IMG/VR virus record: IMGVR_UViG_3300042691_040811 | DNA length: 64,000 nt | Source: a virus | Lineage: Duplodnaviria; Heunggongvirae; Uroviricota; Caudoviricetes | Direction: 5' to 3' (one strand) | Shown: positions 26,660 to 36,650 of the stretch, piece after piece | Numbering within the stretch: position 1 is the stretch's first letter | Layout of the letters: each line of letters begins with the position of its first letter | The notes under the pieces: generated by a model | What the model was told of the DNA's origin: nothing | The model's input: the letters and a program-made list of their open reading frames with translations, nothing else | Database searches by the model: none | Position numbers and translations under genes: made by a program

Positions 26660-26725
26660 GCGAGTGGCGGGCTCAGCCGCCTTACCCCATAATTGTAGCA
26701 CTTTGGCCGGGGGCCGTCAACCCCC
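26660..26725 (-). promoter_or_regulatory. conserved promoter + 5'UTR hairpin
   Basis: ggcgggctcagccgcc hairpin, aattgtagcac, ccgtcaacc. A perfect SD AAGGAGG + ATG (26641) lies between hairpin and downstream region. Confidence 0.55.
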
Positions 26726-27483
26726 CCTGTTGGGTTGGTCAGCGGGCAACATGCTCCCGTTTGTCCAGTTCTTCTTTCAGAATGGACATGGTTGCCTCAG
26801 ATACATGCTCCTTTTGCAGTCCCCTGTAGTAGTTGAGCAGTCTGGGGGTAGGGAGTTTGAGAATGTGGTCAATGCTGTGACGATTTGGATCCATGGTTAA
26901 AGGAAATGGGGCAAAGGGGGATGCACGGATCGAACGTGCGCCTTTCCGACTGGCCAAGTCAGAAGTTTGCCTTCCCTTTACAGGGCAAACCTTTGCTTTC
27001 GACAATATTGACTTGCAGTGGGGGCAAGCAAGTCTATCAGCAAAGGTTCAGCAGGCAATCACCGGAGGTTATCCGGGCTCTACCACTGAGCTAATTCCCC
27101 TTGTGGGTGGGAGAGGCCGAAGCCTCCCCCTTTTGGAAAGGAAGGGTCGCCTCCGCCGGTTTGCCCTCCTTCCTTTGTCATTTTAGGGTCTCGGGGAGGG
27201 GCTGTCAACCCTTGGCCTTTGCCTTGGGGGATACTCCTCATCCCACACCTTGCCCCAGATCATCTGATACATGAGCTTTTCTTGCTCAGTAAGTTCCTCG
27301 TCGTCCTCATCGTCAATCGGATCAACTTCTGGACTAGTTTTCTTAGTGCTTTTAGAATCTTTCATCTTACTCGGTGGAATCAGTTTTTATTTTACCATGT
27401 TTAGCGGTGGAGCAGGGTTCGGGAAACCGACCCCTTGTCCCTGCCAGTTGGCCTGCACCTGAGGGTTATACCCCCTAAGCACA

Positions 27484-29670
27484 TCAATCTTCATAGTCAT
27501 CATCATCGTAACCCCCAGCCTTAGCCATACGATAATCATCCTCATCAATAGGGGTCATTTTTCCATTTCTAACCATACCATACATTTGCCCATTATAGTC
27601 AGGGTCAGAGAATCCAAATTTCACATACGCTTGCTCTCTCATTTCCTCCCTACCATCGCCACTGGCAGCGGTGACGTAGAAAACGGTACCATCCGGCATC
27701 TGCTTAACAATCTCCCCGTACTGTCTCATTACTTCCCGTGTGATAGCAAATTCCTCCCTCTTAGAAAGTGTGCCGGATGCGGTATACGAGTCATTTACTA
27801 GGAAGGATGTTGTGTCATTGGGGGGCACCTTAAGTTCCACTTTATTCCCCAACACCTTACTCACGACAGAGAAATCATCCGGGTCACCTTTCACCTTAAT
27901 GCTCTCAACCCCTTTTCTCTTATCTTTTTCAAGCAAGGCCTGCATCCCTTCAAGAGGCTTGCTGCGTTCTACCTCTCTCCACACATCACCCCTGGACATG
28001 TACCTCAGGTCAATGTCCCTAATAGCATCATTGCCCACCTTATTCTTAATCCTAAAGAACCTATCTTCCAACCTATCATACTTAGCACGATCCCCCTCCC
28101 TGGCAGCCTTCTCCATGTCTTCTGCCAGCTTGGATATGGCACCGCCAACCCTCTCCCGATTCCACACTTTGCCCTTAACATTTTCCGAAGGATTGTCCCT
28201 ATTCATCCTAAATAGTACCCGTTCCAACTTATTATACTCTTTACGATTTCCCGCTATGGCAGCAGCCTTAAGCTTCTCCTCAAGCTTGGGCAAATAATCT
28301 GAGGCCCTAGTTTGTCTCCAAATCTTACCTTTCGTTGCATCTGGATCTAATCTCAGCAAAGCCCTTTCAAGTTTATTATACTCTTTGCGGTCCTTTCTCC
28401 ACGCTGCTACAATCATTTTATTCCTAAGCTTGGGGATAAACTCCTTAACTCTCGCCTGCACCCGTTCCTTCCAGATACTTCCTTTCTCTAGATCAGGGCT
28501 CAGCTTAAGGAGCTTGCTTTCCAAACTATTATACTCTCTCCTGTTCCTTGAATTAGCTGCCCTAAACGTATCCCGCTTAAGCTGATCAACATGTTCATTC
28601 AAAACTTGACCTTTCTTAGAAACCGAAGATACTTCCGTGCCAGCTTGACTCCTAAGGTTCCCCAACCTCGCATAATACCACCCCATTCTCTCATAGCTTC
28701 CTTTCACCCTAAGAAACTTGTCTTCCAACTTATTGTACTTGTTTAAGTCCCCGGAAGCCAGGGCCTTATCCATCCCCTCCCTAAGTGCTTTTAACACCGG
28801 GGGAACTTTTTCATCTTTCCATAGCAACCCTTTAATTATCTTTTCCCTTTTCGTCTCACCCATAAGTTGCTGGATTCTGGGAGAAATCTTGAGCAAAGAC
28901 CTCTCATACTTCCTATACTCTTTCAAGTCACCACTCTTAGCAGCCTCTTTAGCCTTAGTTGCTAAGTAGTCATAAGTCTCTAAAAGGTTAGATTGCCTTA
29001 CGTTCTTCCTACTCATTCGGGCCATTTTCCAGAAGGTTCCTTTTTCGTAGTTGGTGGAGGAATCCTCTACACCTATACGCTTAAGCAAACCTTGTAACTT
29101 CATGTACTTTCTTTCCAGCTTATCATAAGACCCTTTCTTATCTTCTTGAGAGTATTGTTGCAACTTAAATCCCATGCTCTGAAGGTTGCGCTTAATGCGA
29201 CTCACCCTTCTCCTCAAGTCAACCTCATCTATTCTCCCTACACTGCGAACTTTCAGTTTTGATCCTACGTCACTTTCCATCTCCCTGAGTTTCTTCTGCA
29301 GTTCGGTAGATTTTTGAGAATCCCCAGATAACATGGATTTTCTAATGTCCCTGACCAGCTCAGATCTCTGCGCAATGTAGTCCGTTCTTTGCTTCTTAAG
29401 CTCAGCACTCTCCTGCAGTTTACCCTTGGCAAATTCTCTCTGCTTTTGAGCCTTTTCCTGCTGTCCTTTACGCCCTAACTTTTCACCCCTTGTCTGAATA
29501 GCTTTAACGGCCCTGGGCAACGCTCCTGCTACAGGCGTCGGAGCCTCAACCAAACAGAACTTGTTTAGGTTGATGCAGGCGGCAGAGCACGGCTTCCCCT
29601 TGCGGCATCTACGTCTTTTACCACCTACGGCCTTTCTTCTGGCTGATATAACTTCGGAACGTGTTGGCAT
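27484..29670 (-). CDS. Cys4-N-terminal family protein, long repeat version, C-terminal GDG domain
   Basis: N-term KAVGGKRRRCRKGKPCSAACINLNKFCLVEAPTPV. At least 7 repeats of A-x-x-G-D/N-x-K-E-Y-N-K-L-E-x-x-L-L-R-L. C-term DGTVFYVTAASGDGREEMREQAYVKFGFSDPDY. Confidence 0.7.
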   Translation of the reverse strand: MPTRSEVISARRKAVGGKRRRCRKGKPCSAACINLNKFCLVEAPTPVAGALPRAVKAIQTRGEKLGRKGQQEKAQKQREFAKGKLQESAELKKQRTDYIAQRSELVRDIRKSMLSGDSQKSTELQKKLREMESDVGSKLKVRSVGRIDEVDLRRRVSRIKRNLQSMGFKLQQYSQEDKKGSYDKLERKYMKLQGLLKRIGVEDSSTNYEKGTFWKMARMSRKNVRQSNLLETYDYLATKAKEAAKSGDLKEYRKYERSLLKISPRIQQLMGETKREKIIKGLLWKDEKVPPVLKALREGMDKALASGDLNKYNKLEDKFLRVKGSYERMGWYYARLGNLRSQAGTEVSSVSKKGQVLNEHVDQLKRDTFRAANSRNRREYNSLESKLLKLSPDLEKGSIWKERVQARVKEFIPKLRNKMIVAAWRKDRKEYNKLERALLRLDPDATKGKIWRQTRASDYLPKLEEKLKAAAIAGNRKEYNKLERVLFRMNRDNPSENVKGKVWNRERVGGAISKLAEDMEKAAREGDRAKYDRLEDRFFRIKNKVGNDAIRDIDLRYMSRGDVWREVERSKPLEGMQALLEKDKRKGVESIKVKGDPDDFSVVSKVLGNKVELKVPPNDTTSFLVNDSYTASGTLSKREEFAITREVMRQYGEIVKQMPDGTVFYVTAASGDGREEMREQAYVKFGFSDPDYNGQMYGMVRNGKMTPIDEDDYRMAKAGGYDDDDYED

Positions 29671-29770
29671 TTTGCTCTTTAGCTGTAACTCTTGGTATTT
29701 TACCCCCCTACAGGCAAATAAAAGAAAACCCTGCCCAATGGACAGGGTTAACAGTTTTGCCTTTTAAGGA

Positions 29771-30544
29771 TTAAACAATGCAAAGGGATGTACCGCACTC
29801 CCCGCAAAACTTGGCTGTTGCCTTATTTACGGTTCCGCATGTCTTACACTTGGCCTTGGTTTTTACAGTCACAGGTTGACGAATGGGGGCATTATCTTCG
29901 GTCTCCCCCAGCAGACGAATGTTCATTACGTTGACCCCGCCTACGGTGCCTCTCCAATAGGTTGTGGAAAAGGATTGATTGCTCAGGGAGCCTTCGACCG
30001 TTATCCCAGTGTCGTTTACGGGCGCAGAAACATTAAGGGAAGCCGTGGGGTTGCAATTTAATGCTGAGTTCACCATAGCCATGGGACCAACATCGTTCCA
30101 TGCACAGTCCATTACGGCATTGCTAATGCCCTTGACCTTAGGACTATAGTCCCTGTACCCGGTGCTCTTAGGGTAGGCAATTAAGGTAGAGAACTCGGAC
30201 TCAAATTCATAGGATATGGATACTACGCCATCATCTACCCTGATCCCCCTATGGTCTTCGATCTTGGCCGTGCGCTCAACGAACTTAAAGCAGTTGCCCT
30301 GTTCCAGGTTGCCGTTGCGAATGAACCTCTCAAGGTCCAAAGTCTGCTTAGCACCGATAACAAGTCCCCCATCCGTAACACAATCCCCGTCAATCTCAAC
30401 CTTTACCTTTACCCTGGAACCACTCAAATTTTTCAACCTGATTTTATACTCGGAGCCGAAGGGAAGATAAACAGTATCACCAAACTCACGTAAGACTTTT
30501 CCGCCGCACAAAATGGCAGCAGCAAAATTGTTAGAATACATCAT
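29771..30544 (-). CDS. hypothetical protein with C-terminal zinc ribbon
   Basis: C-term KCKTCGTVNKATAKFCGECG. Confidence 0.5.
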   Translation of the reverse strand: MMYSNNFAAAILCGGKVLREFGDTVYLPFGSEYKIRLKNLSGSRVKVKVEIDGDCVTDGGLVIGAKQTLDLERFIRNGNLEQGNCFKFVERTAKIEDHRGIRVDDGVVSISYEFESEFSTLIAYPKSTGYRDYSPKVKGISNAVMDCAWNDVGPMAMVNSALNCNPTASLNVSAPVNDTGITVEGSLSNQSFSTTYWRGTVGGVNVMNIRLLGETEDNAPIRQPVTVKTKAKCKTCGTVNKATAKFCGECGTSLCIV

Positions 30545-30715
30545 TTTTATTAAAAAGCAAGCACACAGACTAAGTGCTTATGGTGTTAAAAGTCTGTTGG
30601 CTCTCAACATGAGAACCCTTATTACTTACCCAACCCTACCTAATGGTTTTTGCTGGGGGAGGGTTTCCCCCCCCAGGGCCTTACACCATATCCTCCATGC
30701 CTTCTTCATGTGAAA

Positions 30716-31150
30716 TCAAGCCTTACCGCCATCCTCCACGTTGAAAACAGGGGCGGGGATGTTCCCTTGAGAGGGAATCATATAGATGGTTTTGTTACCC
30801 TTCTCAGCCCCCTCTTGCAACCCGGTCACCCAGAGATACGAAAGGTATTCCGTGTTTCCTTTGAGGGAATCCGCCACGATGCGATTAGCCTCAGAGACAC
30901 CTTTGGCCCTTTCGATTTCAGCCTGTGCAAGCTGCTTTGCACTTTCAAACTTGGCTTGGGACTCCAGCACAGCAACTTGCCTCGTGTACTCGGCCTTCAT
31001 TAGTTCAGCCTTGCCTTCTAGGCCTTGCTGCCAGACCGAATAGTAAGGCCCCCCAAACATGATGGCGGCAATAAACAGAAAAATTGCGACGCCTGCGGCG
31101 ATGGCAAGGTTGATGAAAATGTTTCTTTCGTAGTCCTTTGAGTTAGGCAT
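30716..31150 (-). CDS. membrane-anchored coiled-coil protein (SPFH-associated?)
   Basis: N-terminal TM helix, then alanine/glutamate-rich helical segment; immediately downstream of the flotillin-like gene. Confidence 0.45.
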   Translation of the reverse strand: MPNSKDYERNIFINLAIAAGVAIFLFIAAIMFGGPYYSVWQQGLEGKAELMKAEYTRQVAVLESQAKFESAKQLAQAEIERAKGVSEANRIVADSLKGNTEYLSYLWVTGLQEGAEKGNKTIYMIPSQGNIPAPVFNVEDGGKA

Positions 31151-31207
31151 TTTACTGATGGGGTGAACTATTAAGTGGGGGGCCAGTTAACCAGCCCCCC
31201 GGTGACA

Positions 31208-32770
31208 TCACTTTTTACCGGTGATTTTTGAGACCAGGTCAGAACCAATCTCACTCTGGGTAAAGGCCTCAATCGCTGCGGCAAGCTCAGTCCCTCCCTT
31301 GGAACTGAAGACATCCATGACCTTAGTGATTCCCTCAGGGGCGGAACCCCCGTTGGCAATCACCTTGACTTCTGCCTTTTGCAAAGACTTAGCTTGCTCA
31401 GAACCCACGGCAATGTATGCCTTAAATGCCTCAATGAGAGCCAAGTAATTTTGATAAGAAGGATTCTCACCGATCTCTTTGGCTAAGGCGATTTGGGCAG
31501 AGACGGGGGCAAGTTGCAAGGCTTTCTCAGCCTCAGCCTTGGCGACCCCTGTAACCTGAATAGCCTCAGCACTCTTCTTCTCAGATTGCAGAGCACCTTC
31601 GGCAATCAACACCATAGTCTCTTGCTCCTGAGCGGCCTTAACCAGGGCAGTTTCCTTGTCAACTTCCGCAACTTGCTGAAGTTTCTGTGCCAAAACTAGA
31701 GCAGTGTCACGGTCAATTTCGGCAGTTTTAACCTCCTCAACCCGCTTAACCGCCAAGTTTTTCTCAGTAGTTACAGCTTGCTGAGCCAAAACCTGCTGCT
31801 TAGACTGTTCTTTAGCAACGCCAACTGCCTTATCTTTAGCAGCTGACCTTTCCCCCACCTGTTGCTCCGCCTCTTGCTTACTCATGAGGATTTCCCGCTC
31901 AGCCTCCACTGCGGCCACCTCAGCTTGCCGCTTGTTTTCCACTTCGGAAACCGTGGCAATACGATTATTTTCAGCCACTGTCTTACGACTATCCCGCTCA
32001 ATTTCGGAATTTTTCTTTGCCATAATTCTGGCAATTACATCGGATTTGCTGGAATCACGGATGTCCATCAATTCCATGTTGCGGACAGATTGCACACCCC
32101 ATTCTTCTAACTGCCCTTGCACCTCCTGAGAGAAGCTGTCCCCGAAGGTAGACCTTTGAGTCATAATGTTATCGATCTTATCCGAAGCCAGCACTTTTCT
32201 CACAACACCTTGCATAATTAGACTAAGCTGGTGCTTAAGTTCGTTGACGTTGTTGATACGCTTAGCAGCGACAACGGGATCCGAAATGCGGAAAAATGCT
32301 GTTACGTCTACAAGGAAGGGCACCCTGTCTTCATCATAAGCTTCGTAGTTTTCCAGAGAAAGGTCGAAGTTGCTTACGGGGAGTTTAATTACGGAAACGC
32401 CCATCTTAGGCACCCAGAAGGGGATCTCATAGTAAACGTTGCCACCCGGCAGATTAGACCCATAGGGAACAGTCTTGTTGCCTGATTGAACAATGTGGAC
32501 TGTGTTCGTTGTTACCACACGCCTAAATAGGAAGGCGGCAAGGATGGAAACGATGGCTGTGGAGCCACCAACGGCCAGACCCGCCTTAAGCACCGTGAAC
32601 ACTAGATTGCCTTCCGATGGGGCAGGCAAGGTTGCTACGGGCGCAGCGGTAGCCACTAGCGCCAACTCCGACGAGGCCACCATGTGGCTGTGAGCCTTTG
32701 CTTCGGGGGCCAGGAAGGGGATTGTGACGGTTGCTGCCGACAGGGCCAGGGCGGCGAGGGCAAATCTCAT
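31208..32770 (-). CDS. flotillin / SPFH (band-7) family protein
   Basis: Signal/TM. SPFH core RVPFLVDVTAFFRISDPVVAAKRINNV...LRNMELMDIRD. Long EA-rich coiled coil as in YqiK/FloT. Confidence 0.75.
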   Translation of the reverse strand: MRFALAALALSAATVTIPFLAPEAKAHSHMVASSELALVATAAPVATLPAPSEGNLVFTVLKAGLAVGGSTAIVSILAAFLFRRVVTTNTVHIVQSGNKTVPYGSNLPGGNVYYEIPFWVPKMGVSVIKLPVSNFDLSLENYEAYDEDRVPFLVDVTAFFRISDPVVAAKRINNVNELKHQLSLIMQGVVRKVLASDKIDNIMTQRSTFGDSFSQEVQGQLEEWGVQSVRNMELMDIRDSSKSDVIARIMAKKNSEIERDSRKTVAENNRIATVSEVENKRQAEVAAVEAEREILMSKQEAEQQVGERSAAKDKAVGVAKEQSKQQVLAQQAVTTEKNLAVKRVEEVKTAEIDRDTALVLAQKLQQVAEVDKETALVKAAQEQETMVLIAEGALQSEKKSAEAIQVTGVAKAEAEKALQLAPVSAQIALAKEIGENPSYQNYLALIEAFKAYIAVGSEQAKSLQKAEVKVIANGGSAPEGITKVMDVFSSKGGTELAAAIEAFTQSEIGSDLVSKITGKK

Positions 32771-32882
32771 TGCTTTGGGTTGAGTCAGCCCTTATCATAG
32801 CCCCATGTGCGGGGGTATCCTTGAGAGCCAGAAAAACCTTTACAATCTTTTAGGGATTCTGCCTAAACCGTCAATTAAAAAG

Positions 32883-32967
32883 CAGAGAGTGAGGGATACG
32901 AACCCACGGGGCTTTTACACCCACGATCTTTCCAAGATCGCACCATAAACCACTCGGACAACTCTCC
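32883..32967 (-). tRNA. tRNA-Ser(GGA)
   Basis: Minus read ggagagt...gatcttGGAaagatc...; long variable arm; one T-stem mismatch. Confidence 0.6.
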
Positions 32968-32997
32968 TTAATTAGGGGATTTGAGTGTACCCCTGTA

Positions 32998-33080
32998 CGG
33001 AAGATGTTGGGATCGAACCAACGGAGGTTTTACCCTCACGGTTTAGCAAACCGCTGCATTAACCACTCTGCCAATCTTCC
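32998..33080 (-). tRNA. tRNA-Ser(GCU)
   Basis: 83 nt: ggaagattggcagagtggttaatgcagcggtttGCTaaaccgtgagggtaaaacctccgttggttcgatcccaacatcttccg. Anticodon at 34-36, long variable arm. Confidence 0.75.
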
Positions 33081-33173
33081 CCAAGGGTTAATTTACCTAG
33101 ACTTAGGCACCCTAGTTTAGTTGCGGAGCCGCAACCCTTCATTTTGCATTAGTGTCCCAAGAAGGTGGGACAA

Positions 33174-33253
33174 CTGGAGTGGTAGGAATCGAACCTACAT
33201 TGTCTCTCGACACTGGTTAACAGCCAGCCGCATTACCGTTATGCTACACCCCA
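33174..33253 (-). tRNA. tRNA-Asn(GUU) (atypical long variable region)
   Basis: Anticodon loop ctGTTaa, T arm gtaggttcgattcctac, acceptor pairs with one G-U. Variable region about 13 nt is unusual for Asn. Confidence 0.5.
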
Positions 33254-33387
33254 TTAAATCAATTTCTTAACATCCATTCACCTGGAAGTTCGTCTGGTTC
33301 CTCTCTGCGGCGGAAGACCATAGAAAGAGGTAAGATAATTGTTAAAATTCCAAAAAGTCCCATAGTCACCGGAAGATAGGAACAAAG

Positions 33388-33474
33388 CGGAAGTGGTTGG
33401 ATTTGAACCAACGGAGGTTTTACCCTCTCCTGTTTTCAAGACAGGTGCAATAAACCGGACTCTGCCACACTTCC
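33388..33474 (-). tRNA. tRNA-Ser(UGA)
   Basis: 87 nt; anticodon loop ctTGAaa; long variable arm gagagggtaaaacctcc. Confidence 0.7.
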
Positions 33475-33615
33475 ATACATTCGGTATTCGCAAATAGAGA
33501 ATGCCAATGGAGCCTAGCGAGATAAGTTAAGATAAGGCCCCTATACCCGTTTGCATTTAACAAATAATACCTGGAGGGTTAAACCAGTGTAAAGCATTTG
33601 CAACTACTTTACAAA

Positions 33616-33689
33616 TCCAGTGAGAGAGACTCGAACTCCCAACCTTCTCTTCCCAAAAGAGTCGTTCTACCATTAGGAACTACCACTGG
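33616..33689 (-). tRNA. tRNA-Pro(UGG)
   Basis: 74 nt; anticodon loop ttTGGga; T arm gggagttcgagtctctc. Confidence 0.65.
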
Positions 33690-33705
33690 TTGACCGAATA
33701 GCCTA

Positions 33706-34044
33706 TTAAACCTTACCCTTACCTTTAAGGAATAGTCTGCTCTCATCAATGATTGCATCCATAAGTTTTTGGTTGAACTCCTCCAATCTATGGAAGTAAG
33801 GGTGCTGCATTTCCTTGCACAACCTTTCCTGGTTATCCCATACCCGCCCCCATTTTGACACCAGGCTATCATAGATAAACTGATTTTCAGGGCTTTCAGA
33901 GGGGAATGTGACGGGATCCTCACCCACCACTGTAAGGTCATGTCTCACCCTTATTTGCACGTATTGCTCTTTGGTGAGGTTGTCATCCCACACTTCAGCT
34001 AGTTCATCAAATGATTGCCACAGTGCCTTCTCTTTAGTTTCCAT
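33706..34044 (-). CDS. small protein, paralog of 34073..34267
   Basis: Shares ...KEQYVQIRVRHDLTVVGEDPVTFPSESPENQFIYDSL with neighbour KDQYVARSMNDLLLSLGESPETFRTDKPENDYVYRSL. Embedded in tRNA cluster. Confidence 0.5.
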   Translation of the reverse strand: METKEKALWQSFDELAEVWDDNLTKEQYVQIRVRHDLTVVGEDPVTFPSESPENQFIYDSLVSKWGRVWDNQERLCKEMQHPYFHRLEEFNQKLMDAIIDESRLFLKGKGKV

Positions 34045-34072
34045 AACTTCCTAAATTAGTTTCTTTGCTGAG

Positions 34073-34267
34073 TCAATCTGGTGTCCCAGCTTCCCTTTCT
34101 TGAAAAACATCGTAGCATTGCTCAAACCCCGCCGCCAACGACCTATAAACATAGTCGTTTTCCGGCTTATCGGTGCGGAAAGTCTCTGGGCTCTCCCCCA
34201 ATGATAGGAGAAGGTCATTCATTGACCTTGCCACGTATTGATCTTTGGTTTCGTCTTCCATTTTCAC
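34073..34267 (-). CDS. small protein, paralog of 33706..34044
   Basis: See above. Confidence 0.45.
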   Translation of the reverse strand: MKMEDETKDQYVARSMNDLLLSLGESPETFRTDKPENDYVYRSLAAGFEQCYDVFQEREAGTPD

Positions 34268-34455
34268 TTAGATACTTAGGGGGCTATGTGGGGGAAGAGT
34301 GCCTAAGCCCTACGGCTCTCTGGTAGCCATCTCCAGAGATAAAGACCGATGCCTGCGCAGAGCGGTGACCACGGCCAAAGCCGACGCTAGAGGCTACCTA
34401 ACGGCCCCAGATAACTGAGGACTTAATACCCCTTGATGGTTTACCACAAGGGAAA

Positions 34456-34528
34456 AGCGGAGGGTGGACTTGAACCACCGGCCTCTAGGTTATGAGCCTA
34501 GCGAGCTGACCAGACTGCTCTACCCCGC
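34456..34528 (-). tRNA. tRNA-Met/Ile2(CAU)
   Basis: gcggggtagagcagtctggtcagctcgctaggctCATaacctagaggccggtggttcaagtccacc...; acceptor has one mismatch; initiator/elongator/lysidine-Ile cannot be decided by eye. Confidence 0.6.
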
Positions 34529-34667
34529 AATGTGGGCCAAGGCTTTAACCTTGGCTGGGCGATGTGCTTATTAGGCTAATCACCGGGGCCAAGCATTTCA
34601 CCTTGGCTTGGGGTATTTCAACCCGTTGTTTCTTTTGATAGCAGTAACTTCGAAGTTTACCCACCGG

Positions 34668-35438
34668 TTACCCCCTCTTTTTCCCGGCCTGAGGGACAAA
34701 TTCTGGTACATACTTCTTGAAGTGATTTACCAAGGTGGACTGAGACTTATTATACCCTAAATCAACCACAGCTTGAAAACCGTTATCAATGTACACGGAG
34801 TAGTAATACCGAATTTCTTCCAAAAACGACTCCTTTCCTTTTTCCTTCTGAAGCAAGTGACTCTTGATTATTTCATCCGCCTCTTCAACGGTGCAGGGTT
34901 TATGCCCTAGTTTCATTCTCCTAACTATGTTAGAAGCTTTTATCAAGGTTTTTCGGTCTTCTTCAGATAAGCTACTAAACTTTGCACCTTCTACCCAGCC
35001 ATCTGGCAATGGTTCCGTTTTCTTTAACCTTGTGTTTTTAAATGTAGAAGGGTTATGTATGAACCTTGTACCGAACTGAGAGTTATTAGGCCCACTAACC
35101 CTCCGTCTATGAGATTCCCTATACGACGGGTCATCCCATCTCTTCTTTAAGGAATCTATAGAGTATAGACCCCAACAGCCGGAGTTTAAACATAAGGGGT
35201 TGTTTAAATCCTTAGCTATCAGGTCCCTTTCTATGGATAGAGCTTCAATCCAATTATCATCAGAGCGATCAAACACTTTTACTATGTGTTTAATAGGCTC
35301 GTACAACTCCCAGTATCTTTTGTTGGTTACTGGGGACCCCATATAGTATTCATCGAACTTGCGTTCTTTATGAACACCCCAGTACCAATACGGCTGGTCA
35401 ACAAAGGTAATCCTATAGACGTAAATCCTGGGCTCCAT
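34668..35438 (-). CDS. GIY-YIG family homing endonuclease-like protein
   Basis: N-term IYVYRITFVDQPYWYWGVHKE...NNPLCLNSG fits GIY-(10-11)-YIG spacing. C-terminal basic region with NUMOD-like R-R-R-V-S-G-P-N-N-S-Q-F-G. Sits inside tRNA cluster. Confidence 0.6.
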   Translation of the reverse strand: MEPRIYVYRITFVDQPYWYWGVHKERKFDEYYMGSPVTNKRYWELYEPIKHIVKVFDRSDDNWIEALSIERDLIAKDLNNPLCLNSGCWGLYSIDSLKKRWDDPSYRESHRRRVSGPNNSQFGTRFIHNPSTFKNTRLKKTEPLPDGWVEGAKFSSLSEEDRKTLIKASNIVRRMKLGHKPCTVEEADEIIKSHLLQKEKGKESFLEEIRYYYSVYIDNGFQAVVDLGYNKSQSTLVNHFKKYVPEFVPQAGKKRG

Positions 35439-35567
35439 TCTCTCAGCTTGTTGGCTGAGAAGTTATACCCAAGCTCAAGTTAAGCAGGAATCATGCTAGT
35501 TGATCAAAAAGTCCAGTCTTGTTTCATTTTAGTAGATAAAGTGATGAGAAAATGCCCTAGTGGGCAA

Positions 35568-35640
35568 TGGGACATCTGGGATTCGAACCCAGGACTAATC
35601 GGTTAAAAGCCGAGTACTCTCACCGCTGAGTTAATGTCCC
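35568..35640 (-). tRNA. tRNA-Lys(UUU)
   Basis: 73 nt gggacattaactcagcggtgagagtactcggcttTTTaaccgattagtcctgggttcgaatcccagatgtccca. Confidence 0.8.
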
Positions 35641-36097
35641 TCAAATTTTACAATGTAAAATTTGGTTGAATGGAGGGGAAGTTTTTGGGTTTTCTTTTAA
35701 AGAAAACCTTTGCACCTCTTTAAACTACTTGCCAGTCCACTTAAATAGCCGGACATGCCGGTTAACCAGGGGTCGAGTCGAACGACCATTCCCCCTTCAT
35801 TCATTCTTGGATTATTATCCAAGTTGCCCTTTACTTTCGTATTGGGCGGTAATGCTGAGTTACTGTTGTTAACAGTAGTGAAACGACTTTACAGGTCGCC
35901 CCACCCTCAACATAAGGTCTTTCCCTCCGTCAATGAATTTTTAGTGTGGAATCACCACATGTGACTTCATTAACACATTGTATCAGGAACTTCACGTATT
36001 ATGCTATTCTCAGACCATGAAACCTGAATCAATCTGAGAATTCGCCCTAAAAGAATCTTTATTGGAATAAACCTTAAGATTTCTTTATTTAGGGCAA

Positions 36098-36179
36098 TGG
36101 GTGCAGTAGGACTTGAACCTACGAAGCATTAAGCAACCGGTTTACAGCCGGTCTCCTTAGACCACTTGGATACGCACCC
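36098..36179 (-). tRNA. tRNA-Tyr(GUA)
   Basis: 82 nt; anticodon loop ctGTAaa; long variable arm (class II, bacterial Tyr). Confidence 0.7.
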
Positions 36180-36405
36180 GTATCCCCAATTATACCACAA
36201 TGGTTAGGGGGGTGCCAGGGGAACCACCCCTGGACTTTTGCTGGCCAAGCGAAACCTTGCCATGTAGCGGGTTATCGGCCTTCAGGTATCCCGCAAACCC
36301 TGCACCCCTTTCATTTAACGTATTGGGGACACCCCCGACGTGATTGGGGGCGACGCTGTTTCTTTCTGGTTAGGGGGCTAACAGAGCCCTTTCCCACAAA
36401 GGGAA

Positions 36406-36487
36406 TACTCGGGAGGGGACTCGAACCCCTAAGTCAAAGACGATCGCTTTTGAGGCAATTGCGGTTACCAATTTCGCCACCCGAGCT
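36406..36487 (-). tRNA. tRNA-Leu(CAA)
   Basis: 82 nt gctcgggtggcgaaattggtaaccgcaattgcctCAAaagcgatcgtctttgacttaggggttcgagtcccctcccgagta. Confidence 0.75.
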
Positions 36488-36554
36488 TATTTGCCCCTTT
36501 ATCGTAGGGGCTTCCTTTCAGTTGTCAAGGTTCCTGGGGTGAGCCCCCCCCGTG

Positions 36555-36600
36555 CCCATCTATTGTAGCCCCTGGCAAAGCAACCTGGCAGTTTGCCGGG
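36555..36600 (-). promoter_or_regulatory. conserved-type promoter upstream of tRNA cluster
   Basis: ctattgtagcccctggcaaagcaacctggc: variant of the recurrent element, positioned 5' of the first tRNA of the minus-strand cluster. Confidence 0.4.
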
Positions 36601-36650
36601 GCAAAGTTAGCAAATCTTAACACTGCCCCCCTACAGCTTACCCCATGCAA

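Noticed and set aside
31171-31359. ORF 31171..31359 and other short ORFs overlapping gene ends (4614..4862, 8129..8317, 14733..15019, 16541..16820, 19480..19680)
   Set aside because: They are short, overlap better-supported neighbours or intergenic promoter/terminator sequence, and have no recognisable features. 19480..19680 has a hydrophobic start and could be real, but evidence is insufficient.
33278-33493. ORFs 33278..33493 and 33609..33941
   Set aside because: They overlap tRNA-Ser(UGA)/tRNA-Pro genes or are alternative frames of 33706..34044.
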